From the NCBI RefSeq assembly GCF_032444005.1, contig NC_091284.1, positions 195,052,001 through 195,116,000 on the forward strand: a stretch of DNA of 64,000 nt, written 5' to 3'. The translations under genes and the position numbers were made by a program. This document shows positions 36,402 to 50,328 of the stretch, in pieces. The notes under the pieces were generated by a model, which saw nothing but the letters and a program-made list of their open reading frames with translations, was not told the DNA's origin and did not search any database. The stretch is from Ranitomeya imitator. Lineage: Eukaryota. Numbering within the stretch: position 1 is the stretch's first letter; each line of letters begins with the position of its first letter.

Positions 36402-36902
36402 TGTTAGGGCTAGCGGAATGCACCAAATAATAAGACTGATAGTGTACGGTGCGTTCGTAGCCCGGGGTCCACCGTGCAGAGATGGAACCTGCTGCTGAGT
36501 AATGACGGACTATATGGTGGTACTCATAAGTATACTCGCGTGGGTTAAACTTCACCCAACGTGAAGGAAGCGATCCTGTTGCGTCACAGGATCGCGGTAC
36601 CGCACATAGAAGGCGAGCAAGCAGTCAGCGAACTTAACCCCAACTAGGATTGAAGTCCGATTAGACCACTTGCTGACACAACACCGCAACAGGGTGTGTT
36701 AGGCAAATCTTATAATTAGAGCACCGAAGTGCGAACTGTGCCGTGCTGGCAGGCACCACTAAGCACCCAGACGTGGGTCAGGAAGCGCACTACTGGCGCG
36801 TGGCGCCGCACTAGCGGTCACAGCAATAGACGCTGATACGTGTGTGACACGTTGAGTGATTTGTCGGGCGCTAGATAGCAGCCATACTCCATATGCGAAC
36901 AG

Positions 36903-39900
36903 TCATACAATAGGGTAGGGGTATTTAATGAACGACTTGCACTCACAACAAACACACGTATTCAAATGTACACTAGCGCATGGCCGTGCGGTCATGCGCA
37001 GTTTATATAATTGCAGGACAGGAAGTGGCCACAGAAACTTTGCCCTTCCAGGGCCTGCCAAGAGGACCAATGGAATGCGCTGCAGAGCCAGAGCACATGA
37101 TCCTCGATCTCCAACGGGAGATCTTGCTCTGGGCATGCTCAGTGTGCGCAAACAAGGACTTAGTCCCAGGGAAGTCCGCTCGCCGCTGACCAGCACTGAC
37201 TTTAATAGCAGGAGCTGAAGAAGCAGCAGTAACTCTCTGTACAGAGTGAGAGCGAGCAAGACACTGGGAGCGACGTCCCTGCTGAGCAGACTCCACTGCG
37301 GCTGGAGGAGAATGGGAGACCGCAGCGGAGACGGATCGAGATTCCCCCTGTGCAGCAGAGGAAACTCGACTCCTAACATTACCCCCCCTCCTAGGGCCCC
37401 CCCTCCTTGGGCCTCGCTACGCTCGAAGGCAGCAATGAGCTGTGGGGCCCGAATGTTTTCAGCAGGCTCCCAAGACCTGTCCTCTGGACCATAACCCTTC
37501 CAATCCACCAAATAAAACTTTTTGCCGCGTACCACCTTGCACCCCAAAATAGCGTTCACCTCGTAATCGTCCGTAGACGAACCCGATGTCCCGGCAGATG
37601 ACTCGGAAAACCAGAACATGTATACGGGTTTCAAGAGGGACACATGAAAGGTGTCGGTGATACCCAAGCGTGGAGGAAGAGCCAGGCGGTAGACAACAGG
37701 ATTAACCTGTTCGAGAACCTTGAAGGGACCCAAGTAGCGAGGAGCAAACTTAGTGGACTCAACTCGCAGCCTGATGTTACGGGCGGAGAGCCACACCAAG
37801 TCGCCAGGGGCAAAAGTCGGAGCGGGGCGCCGATGAACATCGGCGGAGGACCTCATTCTCTCCTTGGAAGCCCGAATGGCATCCTGCGTGCGATCCCAAA
37901 TGTCCCGTGCCTCCACAGCCCAGTCTGCCACCCTGGGATCAGCGGAAGACACAGGCATGGGCACAGGAACATGCGGATGCTGGCCGTAATTTAAGAGGAA
38001 TGGAGTCTGACCGGTAGAGTCGGCTACGGCATTGTTAAGTGCAAACTCTGCCCACGGTAGCAAGGATGCCCAGTCATCCTGTCTGGCAGAAACAAAATGT
38101 CGCAGATATGTGACCAAGGTCTGGTTGGCCCTTTCTACCAACCCATTCGTCTCGGGATGATATGCCGAAGAGAGATTTAACTCAATACTGAGTAGACGAC
38201 ATAGCTCCCTCCAGAATCGAGACGCAAACTGGGGACCCCGGTCACTAACAATTTTGTCTGGCATACCGTGTAAGCGAAAGATATGCTTGATAAACAAGAC
38301 AGCCAACGCCCGTGCAGATGGTAGCCGTGGAAGAGGCACCAAATGCACCATTTTGGAAAAATGATCGGTTATCACCCAGATAATGGTGCAATTACGAGAC
38401 TTGGGTAAGCCAACCACAAAGTCCATCCCGACCATCTCCCAGGGCCTGTCAGCCTCGGGCAGAGGATAAAGCAACCCAGCTGGCCATTGCCGAGGAGTCT
38501 TGCTCCTGGCGCAAGAGACACACGCCCGAACGTACTCCGCGACATCACGAGCCATATGCGGCCACCAGTATGTCCTCGCCAGTAACTCTGATGTCCTTTT
38601 AGTACCAAAATGTCCACCCACCCTGGACGAGTGCGCCCAAGAGAGAACCTCCGGTTGCAAACTAGATGGAACAAAAGTCTTGCCCGGGGGCACAGACTCC
38701 AGCGAAACCAGGGCCACGGTTCTCAAACTCTCAGTGGGGACAATAAGCCGAGGCTCCTCCTCCTCCTCCGCAGATGACACAACGGAGCGAGAGAGAGCGT
38801 CGGCCCGAATGTTCTTCTCCCCAGAAAGGAAATGGAGGGTGAAATGAAACCGGGAGAAGAACAAGGACCATCTGGCCTGGCGAGAATTCAACCGCTGAGC
38901 TGTCTGCAGATACACCAAATTTTTGTGATCTGTGAAGACTTGGAAGGGAAAACGTGCTCCCTCCAAGAGATGTCTCCACTCCGAGAAAGCCAACTTCATG
39001 GCTAGCAACTCCCTGTCCCCGATGGAATAATTCCTCTCTGCTGGTGCGAAGGTCTTGGAGAAAAAGAAGCAAGGATGCTTCCGACCTTGAGCATCCTTTT
39101 GGAAGAGGACTGCTCCAGCACCAACAGAAGAGGCATCCACCTCCATGATAAATGGCTTATCAACATCGGGGCGATGAAGAATGGGAGCGCTAGCGAAGTG
39201 TGACATTATAGAGATAAAAGCCTTGGAGACCTCCTCAGACCACAATTTGGGATTCGCCCCCTTCTTGGTGAGGGCAACCAAGGGAGCTACCAAAGTTGAG
39301 AAATGCGGGATGAACTGGCGATAATAATTGATGAACCCCATAAAGCGCTGCACCGCTTTAAGAGAATGGGGTTCCTGCCAGTCCATCACAGCCTGTAGTT
39401 TGGCAGGATCCATAGCCAATCCCTGGGCTGAGATGATGTAGCCTAGGAAAGGTAAGGACTCCTGCTCAAACATACATTTCTCCAACTTGGCATAGAGGGA
39501 GTTTGCCCGTAGGAGGTCGAAGACTTTGCAAACATCTCTCCGGTGGGAGTCAATATCTGGAGAGTAGATGAGAATATCATCCAGATAGATTACAACCGAG
39601 GTGGAAAGCATATCCCGGAAGATATCGTTTACAAAGTCTTGGAAAGCGGCTGGGGCATTACAGAGCCCAAAGGGCATCATCAGATATTCATAGTGCCCAT
39701 CCCTGGTGTTAAAGCCATCTTCCATTTGTCCCCCTCACGGATGCGAATCAGGTTGTAAGCACCCCGCAGATCTAATTTAGTAAATACCCTTGCTCCCCGA
39801 AGCCTATCGAACAGTTCAGATATCAAAGGCAAAGGGTATTTATTCTTAACGGTGATGGCGTTAAGACCCCTGTAGTCTATGCATGGACGCAATTCCCCAC

Positions 39901-41521
39901 TCTTCTTCTGCACGAAGAAGAACCCTGCCCCAGCAGGTGACACTGGCTTCCTGATGAACCCTCTTGCCAGATTTTCCTGGATGTACTGTGACATTGCCTC
40001 CGTCTCCGGGAGAGATAGCGGATAGACTCGACCCTGGGGAGGCTCAGCACCAGGCAAGAGGTCAATAGGACAGTCATAGGGGCGATGGGGCGGAAGGATC
40101 TCCGCCGCCTTTTTGGAGAATACGTCTGCATACGACCAATACTGCTTGGGGAGAGAGGAAAGATCTGCGGGTACCTCAGTTGTAGCTACCTGAACGCACT
40201 CCCTCTGACACCTACCCCCACAAGATTCACCCCATCCCAGAATTCTGCCTGAGGACCACTCGATATGAGGAGAGTGGTACCGTAGCCAAGGTATTTCCAA
40301 CAGGACTTCATCAATTCCCTCTGGAATGACGAGCAGGGAAATAATCTCCTGATGAGATGGCGACATGGACAGAGTAAAAGGGATGGTCTGGTGAGTTATC
40401 TGTGAGGGCAGAGTCGACCCATTCACCACTCGTACCGTTACAGGTTGAGCTAGCATAACCAGAGGTATTGCGTGGCGTTGGGCGAAGGCAGAAGACATAA
40501 AATTGCCCTCCGCCCCAGAATCCACGTAGAGCTCTACCGAGTGGGAGAATGAGCCTATAGTAATTGTCCCCTTAAAGGACAATTTAGAGGCAAACGTCGC
40601 CGTGTCTAGTGTACCTCCACCTACGACCACTAGACGCTGACGTTTCCTCGACCGCTGAGGACATCTGGTGGCTAAATGTCCAGACTGCTGGCAAACATGA
40701 CAGACCCTGAGTGCACAAGCGGTCAGGGACTTAGGTCCCGCTTGTGACACTTCCCTGGCCTCATGTGACTCAGGAACCAGGACCGGAGATTCCAGAGGTT
40801 TGGCGAAAGTAGGAGCCAGCCGAAACCTCTGCCTACACTGGGCTCGCTCTAACCTCCGCTCGTTAAAACGGAGGTCAATTCGAGTGGAGACTGTTATTAA
40901 CTCCTCCAGTGTGGCAGGAATCTCCCTAGTGGCCAGAGCGTCCTTTACATGGTCAGCCAAGCCCCTCCAAAATATGGGGATAAGAGCTTTATCCGACCAT
41001 TCCAGCTCAGATGCTAAAGTGCGGAATTGGACAGCAAAATGACTGACCAAGGACTCACCCTGAGTTAATGCCAGCAGTTGGAGCGCAGTGTCATGGGTGA
41101 CTTGAGGTCCTAAAAAGACCTGTTTTAAAGTGCTCAAAAACAGAGGAGCACTCTGCACCACATGATCGCCACGCTCCCACAGCGGCGTAGCCCATTCCAA
41201 CGCCCTGTCCGACAATAGAGACACAATAAATCCCACCTTAGCCCGCTCTGTGGGGAAACGTGCAGCCAGAAGCTCGAGATGAATAGAGCACTGACTCACG
41301 AATCCCCTACAAAATTTGCTATTACCAGAAAATTTTCCTGGCAGCGGGAGGCGAGAAAATGTCGGAACAGGGGTGGCAATGGACAAAGTTGCTGCAGCCA
41401 CGCTGGCAGCCTGTACAGCAACTGCGGTAACATCCACAGCTGAGGTTGCGCTCTCGAGAGCCACCAACCTACCCTCCAGCTGCTGTATATACCGCAGGGA
41501 TTGCTGTTTGTCCGTCATCAC
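36903..41521 (-). pseudogene. Gag-Pol of element C with a 1-bp frameshift in RT (ORFs 39680-41521 and 36903-39725)
   Basis: C reads gttaaagccatcttcc at ~39710 where A reads gttaaacgccgtcttcc, so one base is missing in the KTAFN codons. Confidence 0.93.
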
Positions 41522-41534
41522 TAGCCAGACCCTG

Positions 41535-41545
41535 GCGCTAGTGTA
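41535..41545 (-). promoter_or_regulatory. Self-priming PBS of element C
   Basis: Plus-strand gcgctagtgta is the reverse complement of LTR tacactagcgc (42114-42124), 30 nt downstream of TATATAAA (42147-42154, minus strand). Confidence 0.85.
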
Positions 41546-44013
41546 ATGTTAGGGCTAGCGGAATGCACCAAATAATAAGACTGATAGTGTACGGTGCGTT
41601 CGTAGCCCGGGGTCCACCGTGCAGAGATGGAACCTGCTGCTGAGTAATGACGGACTATATGGCGGTACTCATAAGTATACTCGCGTGGGTTAAACTTCAC
41701 CCAACGTGAAGGAAGCGATCCTGTTGCGTCACAGGATCGCGGTACCGCACATAGAAGGCGAGCAAGCAGTCAGCGAACTTAACCCCAACTACGATTGAAG
41801 TCCGATTAGACCACTTGCTGACACAACACCGCAACAGGGTGTGTTAGGCAAATCTTATAATTAGAGCACCGAAGTGCGAACTGTGCCGTGCTGGCAGGCA
41901 CCACTAAGCACCCAGACGTGGGTCAGGAAGCGCACTACTGGCGCGTGGCGCCGCACTAGCGGTCACAGCAATAGACGCTGATACGTGTGTGACACGTTGA
42001 GTGATTTGTCGGGCGCTAGATAGCAGCCATACTCCATACGCGAACAGTCATACAATAGGGTAGGGGTATTTAATGAACGACTTGCACTCACAACAAACAC
42101 ACGTATTCAAATGTACACTAGCGCATGGCCGTGCGGTCATGCGCAGTTTATATAATTGCAGGACAGGAAGTGGCCACAGAAACTTTGCCCTTCCAGGGCC
42201 TGCCAAGAGGACCAATGGAATGCGCTGCAGAGCCAGAGCACATGATCCTCGATCTCCAACGGGAGATCTTGCTCTGGGCATGCTCAGTGTGCGCAAACAA
42301 GGACTTAGTCCCAGGGAAGTCCGCTCGCCGCTGACCAGCACTGACTTTAATAGCAGGAGCTGAAGAAGCAGCAGTAACTCTCTGTACAGAGTGAGAGCGA
42401 GCAAGACACTGGGAGCGACGTCCCTGCTGAGCAGACTCCACTGCGGCTGGAGGAGAATGGGAGACCGCAGCGGAGACGGATCGAGATTCCCCCTGTGCAG
42501 CAGAGGAAACTCGACTCCTAACACATAGCCCTCCAAATAGTATGCTGACACTCACATAGCTCTTTAAATAATATAATGACCCCCACATAGCCCTCCAAAT
42601 AGTATTATGGACCTCCACATAGCTCTCCAAATATTAAAATTGACCCCACATAGCCCTTAAAACAGTATAGCAGCCCCCACACCTCACTCTAAATAGAATA
42701 ATGGCCCATAATATAGCCCTAACAAATGTATGATGTCACCCAACGTAGTCCCCCAAACAGCATAATTGTTCCCTGCTCCACCATTGCTTTCAACTGTATC
42801 TGCATTCTGTATGCAGATACAGTTGAAATTGAGCTACTGAGTGGGTGAGGGGCTGTTGTTGGCACTATCACAGGGACCCCCTGACTCACGGGCCCCCTAG
42901 TGACCATGTGGTCTTCTGCTATTAGCGGTATGCATCTGACTTTCATGATGCATCTTTTGTAAGGTGCATCTCTTTAAATCAACACCTACAGGTTAGAGAT
43001 TATTTTTGCATTGCATTGCTGTTGTATAAATAGAGCCTATATTATTTAACATTATTTAACTGTTCATTGATTATTGCACAAACATTAATAGCAGATTTTA
43101 AAAAATGCCTTTTTTTTAAATTCTGATATTACTATTGCATAAAACATGTTCTTTAATTTTTAGGCAGTGTTATAAAATAGATATATGCACAAATGCACAC
43201 ACAAAAATAAAGAAATGTAATACTTTTTAAAGAATTGACTCTACAATGAGTAGAAGTGTGGATGAATGATAAAGCTGGGCATTTGCCAGACAAACAGAAA
43301 TAAAACCTTTTCTTATTATCGCATTAATACATCATAAAATGTAGTAAGGTAAAATATGGAAATTATTATAAGCATATTGCAGCGCATAAAATCCCTAGCA
43401 AGTGCATTATTCCTAATGATGTCCTGATTCGTTTTCCAGGGCAGAGCACAGTTTTGGCTCTGTGCGCAGTCAGACTTTTCCGTTAGTGTTGTGCTAGGCT
43501 CTTGTCAAGAAATATTTTGTCAGTAATTTGTTATAGATGCTTCATGTGGTCTCTTTAAGGGAAATGCTTGTCCCACAATGGATTTATATAATAACATTTT
43601 TGCTAACAATGCAACTAAAGAAACTGTCACTTAGATCAGCAAGGAGTGGCTTATTCATTTTCCCCAGACTGTACACTCATCATTTCAGGAGCATTAGTGT
43701 TGGATAGCTCCATTTATAACACAGAGTTTAGGAGCAAAGAGACAGGCACTGAAAAACTAAGCACATCAGCATAGCGTAAGTGTAAAGCAAAAACCACTTA
43801 TGTGTCAAGGAACATTATGTGGATATAATTCTTTAAAGCTTCCATTTTCCTTAATGTTTTCAGCAAACTGCTCCTTTTATTTTACTATTCCCAGTGCAGA
43901 GTCAAAGGTGCAGTTTTAACCACGACTCATTTACTCAGTAAATGTACTGTTTTCAAGTCTTGGTTGTTGTCTACTCTGTGTTTACTATATCAATACTTGA
44001 AAAGTATAATTGT

Positions 44014-44324
44014 TAGTGATGAGCGAATATACTCGTTACTCGAGATTTTCCGAGCACGCTCGCGTGTTCTCCGAGTATTTTTTAGTGCTCGGAAATTTAG
44101 TTTTTATTGCCGCAGCTGAATGATTTACATCTGTTAGCCAGCATAAGTATATGTGGGGGTTGCCTGGTTGCTAAGGAATCCCCACATGTACTTATGCTGG
44201 CTAACAGATGTAAATCATTCAGCTGCGGCAAGAAAAACTAAATCTATGAGCACTAAATAATACTTGGAGGACACCCAAGCGTGCTCGGGAAATCTCGAGT
44301 AATGAGTATATTCGCTCATCACTA
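44014..44324. mobile_element. hAT MITE, 311 bp, palindromic
   Basis: TIR tagtgatgagcgaatatactc / gagtatattcgctcatcacta. 8-bp TSD ataattgt at 44006-44013 and 44325-44332. Confidence 0.93.
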
Positions 44325-45083
44325 ATAATTGTGATATTTTTTCAAAAAATTGGATATTGTACACTTGTTACTCTGAATATAGTAGTATAGCAGTTGAGAT
44401 AACTAGATCTGATGAGATTTAAATTGACTAAAACAAGCTGATTTTACCAAGAAATTCAAATTATTAGAAACCTAACAAAAGCTAAAACAAGTAAGATGCA
44501 GATAAAAAGAAGCAACTACTACTAACCTCTGCACTCACTTCTGCTGCTCACTGTTCCCCATATGATTATTGGTGCATTATCTTACCATGCATGCATAGGG
44601 TCATTCAAGGCCTCATCACAGCCAGAACTCCTCACCTAGAGTGATAATGTAATGCATGGCGGCAGTAGGAAGATGAGGAAGATGTTCCTAGAGCCCCAAA
44701 GGGAAGAGCAATCAGAAGAGATGTTTGGAGAGGTGATTGCTGATTGATAGCTTTTTTTAAGCTAGTGCCAACCCTCTATGACTCATCAGAATGGTTACCA
44801 GCTAATCCCTACTTAGCTGAACTTTTGAAGAATGTACTGCTGAAAAAAATCATTCTGTACTATACAATTCTTCCAAATATTTCAAGTAGACTTCAACTAT
44901 ATTCAAATAAATTTGCCCTGCTCTAGCTCTAAGGCTTTCTGAAAATAAACCCACCCAGTGAAGTCATGAGTTTTGTTGGGAACAGATTTACAGTAGATAC
45001 ATATGCCAGAATTTCATATCAATTTGAGTAAAAACAAAAATACTAGTGTACATGACATGCACAACATTAATATTTTGTTTTAA

Positions 45084-46694
45084 CCCCTTTCTGACATCAG
45101 ACGTAATAATACATCTGTGTGACCTGGGCCTATTTGACCAGGGAGTATTACAATTTTTGACTGTTGACACCCTACACTAAGTGCCAGGAGCGGTCACAGA
45201 CCACTCCCGGCACTTTAACCCACCCAAAATGCTGCGTTCAAACAAGATCACAGCATACCAGAGGGCTGACAGCCTTTCTGCCTTTGAATCGGAGACCTTG
45301 CAGTGTGTCGTGGTGTCCTGATTGTTGGCATAGTGACCTGATGTCATCTGTGTCACCAGAGCTAGGAAATTTGCTGATAGTGCACTGTGCATGATCAGCA
45401 ACTTTCCACGTCAGTTTAGAGCTAATAGTTTATGCAGCATGGGGATGCTGCTGCATCCCAATGCTGTACAAGTGATTAGCCTGCAAAAAATGATAGTCCC
45501 AAACTGGGACAAAGTAAAAAAGTAAAAAAAAAAGATTTACATAATTATAAAAATATTTTTGAAAAACTAAAAAATAATAAGAAATCAAAAGATATTATAT
45601 TTATAAATAAATATTTGAATTAAAAAAAAATAAACAATAAAAGTTCACATATTTGGTATCGCTGTGGATGTTTTTAGGTGACTAAATACTTATTTTCCAC
45701 CATGATGTGCAAAATAAATCTTGCCAAATCTGACAAGGTGATTTCTGGATTTGTTTTCTCATTTTGACTCTCATAGTTGTGGTCTACCTATGATGTTAAA
45801 TACAGGCCTCTCTCATCTTTTTAAGTGGGAGAACTTGCACGATTGGTGGCTGACTAAATACTTTTTTCCCCACTGTAATGTACTGGTGTCCACAATGTAT
45901 TGGTCACTACTGTGTACTGGTCACTACAACGGTAGTTTGCAATTTTCACATTTTCACTCAGTAACATTGATTGCTGCTTGTTTTTGGAAAATACCTATTG
46001 AGTCAAAATTGTCACTACACCTGTAGATAAATTTCCCAAGTGGTATAGTTCCCAAAATGGGGTTACTTGAGGGGGGGATTCTGCTTTTCTAGCGATGAGG
46101 GGCTCTGTATATGGAGTCCACAAACTGTTCTAGGAAAATCTGCGCTCCAGGAGGCAAATAGAGCTCCGTTCCTCCAGAGTCTCTCCCTATGGTTAAATAG
46201 TACTGTACACCCACGTATGGGGTATTGCCCCATTCAGTACAATTTGTGGGAAAAATGTTGCTGCCATTTTTAAGCACTTTTTTTTCTACTTTCCAAAATT
46301 CCTGGAAGCACCTGAATGGTTAAAAAAAAACTTCTTGAATGTGGTTTTGAACACCTTTAAGGGTGCAGTTTTTAGAATGATGTCACATTTGGAAATGGTA
46401 TTTATTAACTATTTTGTGTGACATAGCTCTGTGATTTAAGGGCATGAAAATTCAAAGTTGGAAAATAGCGAAATTTTCTAAATTTTCTCCAAATTTTCAT
46501 TTTTTTTTCACAAATAAATGCAAGTCATACCAAAGAAATTTTACCACTATCATGAAGTACACTATGTCAAGAAAAAAACATTTCAGTATCACCAGGATCT
46601 GTTCCAGTCTTATAACCTCATAAAGTGACAGTGTTCAGAACGGTAAAAATTGGCCCGGTCATTAACGTGCAAACCATCTTCGGGGGTAAAGAGG
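45084..46694. mobile_element. TTAA-targeting element copy 3 (internally deleted, no telomere array)
   Basis: TTAA at 45080-45083 and 46695-46698. Termini cccctt / agagg. The right end matches 19870-19998 (ggcccggtcattaacgtgcaaacc). Confidence 0.8.
45680..45875. mobile_element. Tc1-like terminal fragment nested in copy 3
   Basis: tgactaaatactt direct repeats and a terminus ...ttttttccccactg followed by TA at 45876-45877. Confidence 0.6.
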
Positions 46695-46796
46695 TTAAAC
46701 AATCTGACAGGTGGTATTTTTATATACCGGTTAGAAAAAAAATATTTGTGACGTATATGTTATAAAAGATCTACCTTTTAAAAGTACAATGTTTTT

Positions 46797-47061
46797 ATAT
46801 ATTGGTAGGTACTGAACAATGAAAATTGAGGGTGGAAGGATGGTGAGGGAGTTACGAAATAAAGATTATAGGCACAACGGTACAGCAGATGGCACTCTAA
46901 TAGGCATCTTTCATGATGTTTATCTTTCAGAATGTTTTTTACATATTGGTAGGTAATGAACTGTCAAAATTGGGGATTGAAGGATGGTGAGGGAGTTACT
47001 AAAGATTACAGGCACAAAGGCACAGTGGATGGCACTCTAATAGGCATCTTTCATAATGTTT
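46797..47061. repeat. Diverged tandem duplication, ~144-bp period
   Basis: attggtaggta...gaaggatggtgagggagttac...gatggcactctaataggcatctttcat occurs twice (46801 and 46945). Confidence 0.8.
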
Positions 47062-49009
47062 TACACTGCCCATTCCCGCATTACTTTGGCTTCAGCCGAG
47101 GTAGTGTTACTGACAGATTTTCTTTAGATATAACAGATTAATTTTATTAGTTTCATTAGTAATGATGAGAAAGCAAATAGAAAAAAAGATTTTAAGATCT
47201 AAACTGTCAAATTAATCTCATACGTTTCCAAGCTTTTGGAAATCTATTAAATTAATTTGACAGATTAGAGTCAAAATAAATAAATAACCTTAGGCATTTT
47301 AAGGTTACATTGATATAAGGCAGCGATTTATTAACAAACAACAATGTCAATACTTTATTTTTGGATAGTTCACCAATACACGGACCATAGGCTCAATATG
47401 TGGCGTCTATTTTTGGATAGTTGGCTCATCCTATTTTGCTTGCTGTGTTTCCATGGTAACATTGTTCTTTTTACTGAATGACAGTGTGCATCTTACAGCA
47501 TTAGATCAGATTCTTTGCAGCAGATTAACCTCACATAGACCATAAGCATTAACTGTGCACCAGTGCATTTCATTTATGGTTAAATGTGTAACAATGTATG
47601 ACAACAATGAAGCAGAAAATGTAGCAAACATTTGCAGAACATCTATATACTTGGAACTTAGAGTTTGCATTTTAAAGTGCTACTTTCTTTTTCTGACATA
47701 TTGCAGTTTGGTATGGTTGCTTAATAATTAATATTAATAAATGTGTTTTTATTTCATTTTCTATTTAAAATAATTAAGATAAAATTATTATTTAGAATAC
47801 ATATCTGTTTTACCTTCAACCAGTCAGCTGCACAAATTATAGTAAAATTCTATGCCCTCTGAACTGATAGGACAGGTGGTAATTTTAGTTGACGCCTAAA
47901 AACTATATATGAGGCTACAAATTACACCACTTTGTATATTTTTAATTTTTCATTAGCAGGCTGACTAGGAAGGAAGCTTTGTGCTTCCATGAAGACCACT
48001 GCTGAGTTTCTTGCTAAGGTCATTTGGATTTTAAGCATTTTCAGATTATACATGAACTTAACTGAAGGGTGCCAGAAACTTTTGTCGATTGCAGGTTCTC
48101 CTATTTCTCTGACCAGATTCTTTGAACAAACTGGACTGTTACTCCACAATAAAAAAGAAAAGGGTTGCCCACTTTATTTTTATTTCAACAAATGTATTGA
48201 GGAGATGATTTTGTAGAACATCCTAATATATAGGTATTAAAGGCTCTTGTAACTTAAGAAAGTCCAACTTACTCACCAAAAGGTGCACAGAACACACCGA
48301 CAATGTGTAACCTCAGGAGTAATGACACATTCAATACCAATGATACAATAATATTCTTGTTTGGCTTATTCACCAAAGAGGATAGAGACAAAGACACAAG
48401 AACAATAATTTTCAGTTCCAATGCAATGACCAGATTTTATCACAGAACCATAAGAGATTGAATTATAATGAGCTCTTTGACTCCAAACGTACTATATACT
48501 GTTCATGCACAGGGGCCCTCTTCTGTATGTGACCCCCACCCCCTGTGTTGAAGAACAACACCAGTGAAGAAGATTAGAAGATTAATTAATCTATAGTTTG
48601 TGAAGAACATAATTCAGATATTCAATTGATAGGGAAAGGCAGAAAGAAATAGTAAAACTGACAGTGATTAATTACAGAGATGATAGTTCAGCTGTTGTTG
48701 CTGCTTCTGCTGTTGCATTTCATTTACATTGTTTTAATAATCAAGGCAGAAGCAAGCCAACAATATTGCTGAAAGAAATAAAAATCCAGCTCATTGTCTG
48801 CTGCACAAAGTGCGCACGTCACAAACTGCTGTTGTGAGTTGTTGAATACCTGTTGCAATAGTTTAATTTGACATACATACATGCCACATTACTACTGCTG
48901 CCTAGGTTGTAATTGTGGTTGAACACAGTTAATCTTAGAGTAGTAAACAATGAGTGATAAAAGAAAAAGTGGCAAAGGAGGGGTAAAGTAAACTAAAAAA
49001 TAAAGTAAG

Positions 49010-49827
49010 TGTGAGGACTGTACTGAGGATACTAAGGGGTGGACCCACTGGACTGTGACAACGATCCTCCCACAGGCGAGCTGACCAGATGGACCACCCC
49101 CTATACAGGGAGCATTAGTGGCAGACTTGCGGGAGACTATTGCCACGGCAGCTGGTAGGCTTGGATGGACAGGAAGGCGACTCACGGAAACACGGAGTGG
49201 GCGGAGGAAGAGAACTGACAGTCTGGGGACAGGAACATGGGCAGGGCGGAGGTAACGAGCTGGCAGGCAGGACACTGGGGGGAACGGACAGGATGGAGAA
49301 CAAAGACTGGATGGAAATACGGACAGGATGGAGTATGAGAACTGACAGGCTGGAGACAGGAACAAGGGCAAGAAAAGGACACCAACGGGCAGGCAGGACA
49401 CTGAAGAACAGACAGGACAGAGAACGAGGGCTGGATCTAAGGAGAGAATAGGCATAAGAACAAAGTCAGATAACAGGGAACGCTGAACAGGCGTGCGGCC
49501 AGAATCACTTGTAAACACAAATGAGAAACAGGCAAAGCAAAGTGGAAGAGGCAGAGTAATAAGGGCAGCACCGCGCAGTACTTCTGGGTAGGAGTCCTCC
49601 TGGATGATAGAGAGGTCAAGTGAGAGGAAGGCCTGGAGAACTCAGAAGTGTGCGCGCACAGCACAGAACTCAGTGCGCGTGTGCACCCAATAGGGGCAGA
49701 TGCCGGGCGGGAGCACCGAGAAGCAGAGAGCCTGCGAGGATCGACAGCTGCGGAGGCGCACCGAGACGCTGAAGGGAGTTAAGTATGGGAGGAGTCGGGA
49801 GGCAGTGGCAGCAGCGGTGATGTGACA
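49010..49827 (-). mobile_element. Solo LTR (Gypsy-type), 818 bp
   Basis: TGT...ACA termini and 5-bp TSD gtaag at 49005-49009 and 49828-49832. Orientation is inferred. Confidence 0.8.
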
Positions 49828-50328
49828 GTAAGAGTCAAGAGTTGCAACACAACCACTGGCACCAGCTGTACCAGCAGTAGCATTATCCAATAAATACAAA
49901 GGAAAGAAAAAAGACACTGCTACAAAGTTGCACACCACCCGATATATAAACAAATTACAAAAAACACTTTATTGGCAAAACAATAAAAACAATTAAAAAC
50001 ACTATATCACCACAGACCACCTGGATACAAAAATACATGTTCATATATTTAAACAATAATACAGTCTGTCACCAAGCCCATAGGATATACTAAGCATATA
50101 TAACAATACTATCCTACCTAATGGCTCATGGGGAATCTAAGAGTAACCAGGAGGGTAACTCACAAACCCTCAAGATGAATAAGGCCAAATAGCCACAAGA
50201 CACCCATATGAACCGATGGAGACAGAAAATCCCAATCATAGGTCAAAAGAGCATAATACCTGTAATCGAACACGAGCCAAACTATATACTGGCAAGCCAA
50301 AGTATCCAGGGGACTTGGTGGACCATAG

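Larger units (their letters stand above)
36402..42523 (-). mobile_element. Full-length chromoviral Gypsy element C (relative of A), 6122 bp
   Basis: 977-bp LTRs at 36402-37378 and 41547-42523, with at least 3 differences. TSD catag at 36397-36401 and 42524-42528. Confidence 0.98.

Noticed and set aside
39680-39725. Programmed gag/pol frameshift in element C
   Set aside because: The shift lies inside RT at a single missing base relative to A, with no slippery site. A and B are single ORFs.
48892-49518. 208-aa Pro/Ser/Cys-rich ORF
   Set aside because: It lies almost entirely within the solo LTR and reflects low-complexity pyrimidine-rich sequence.
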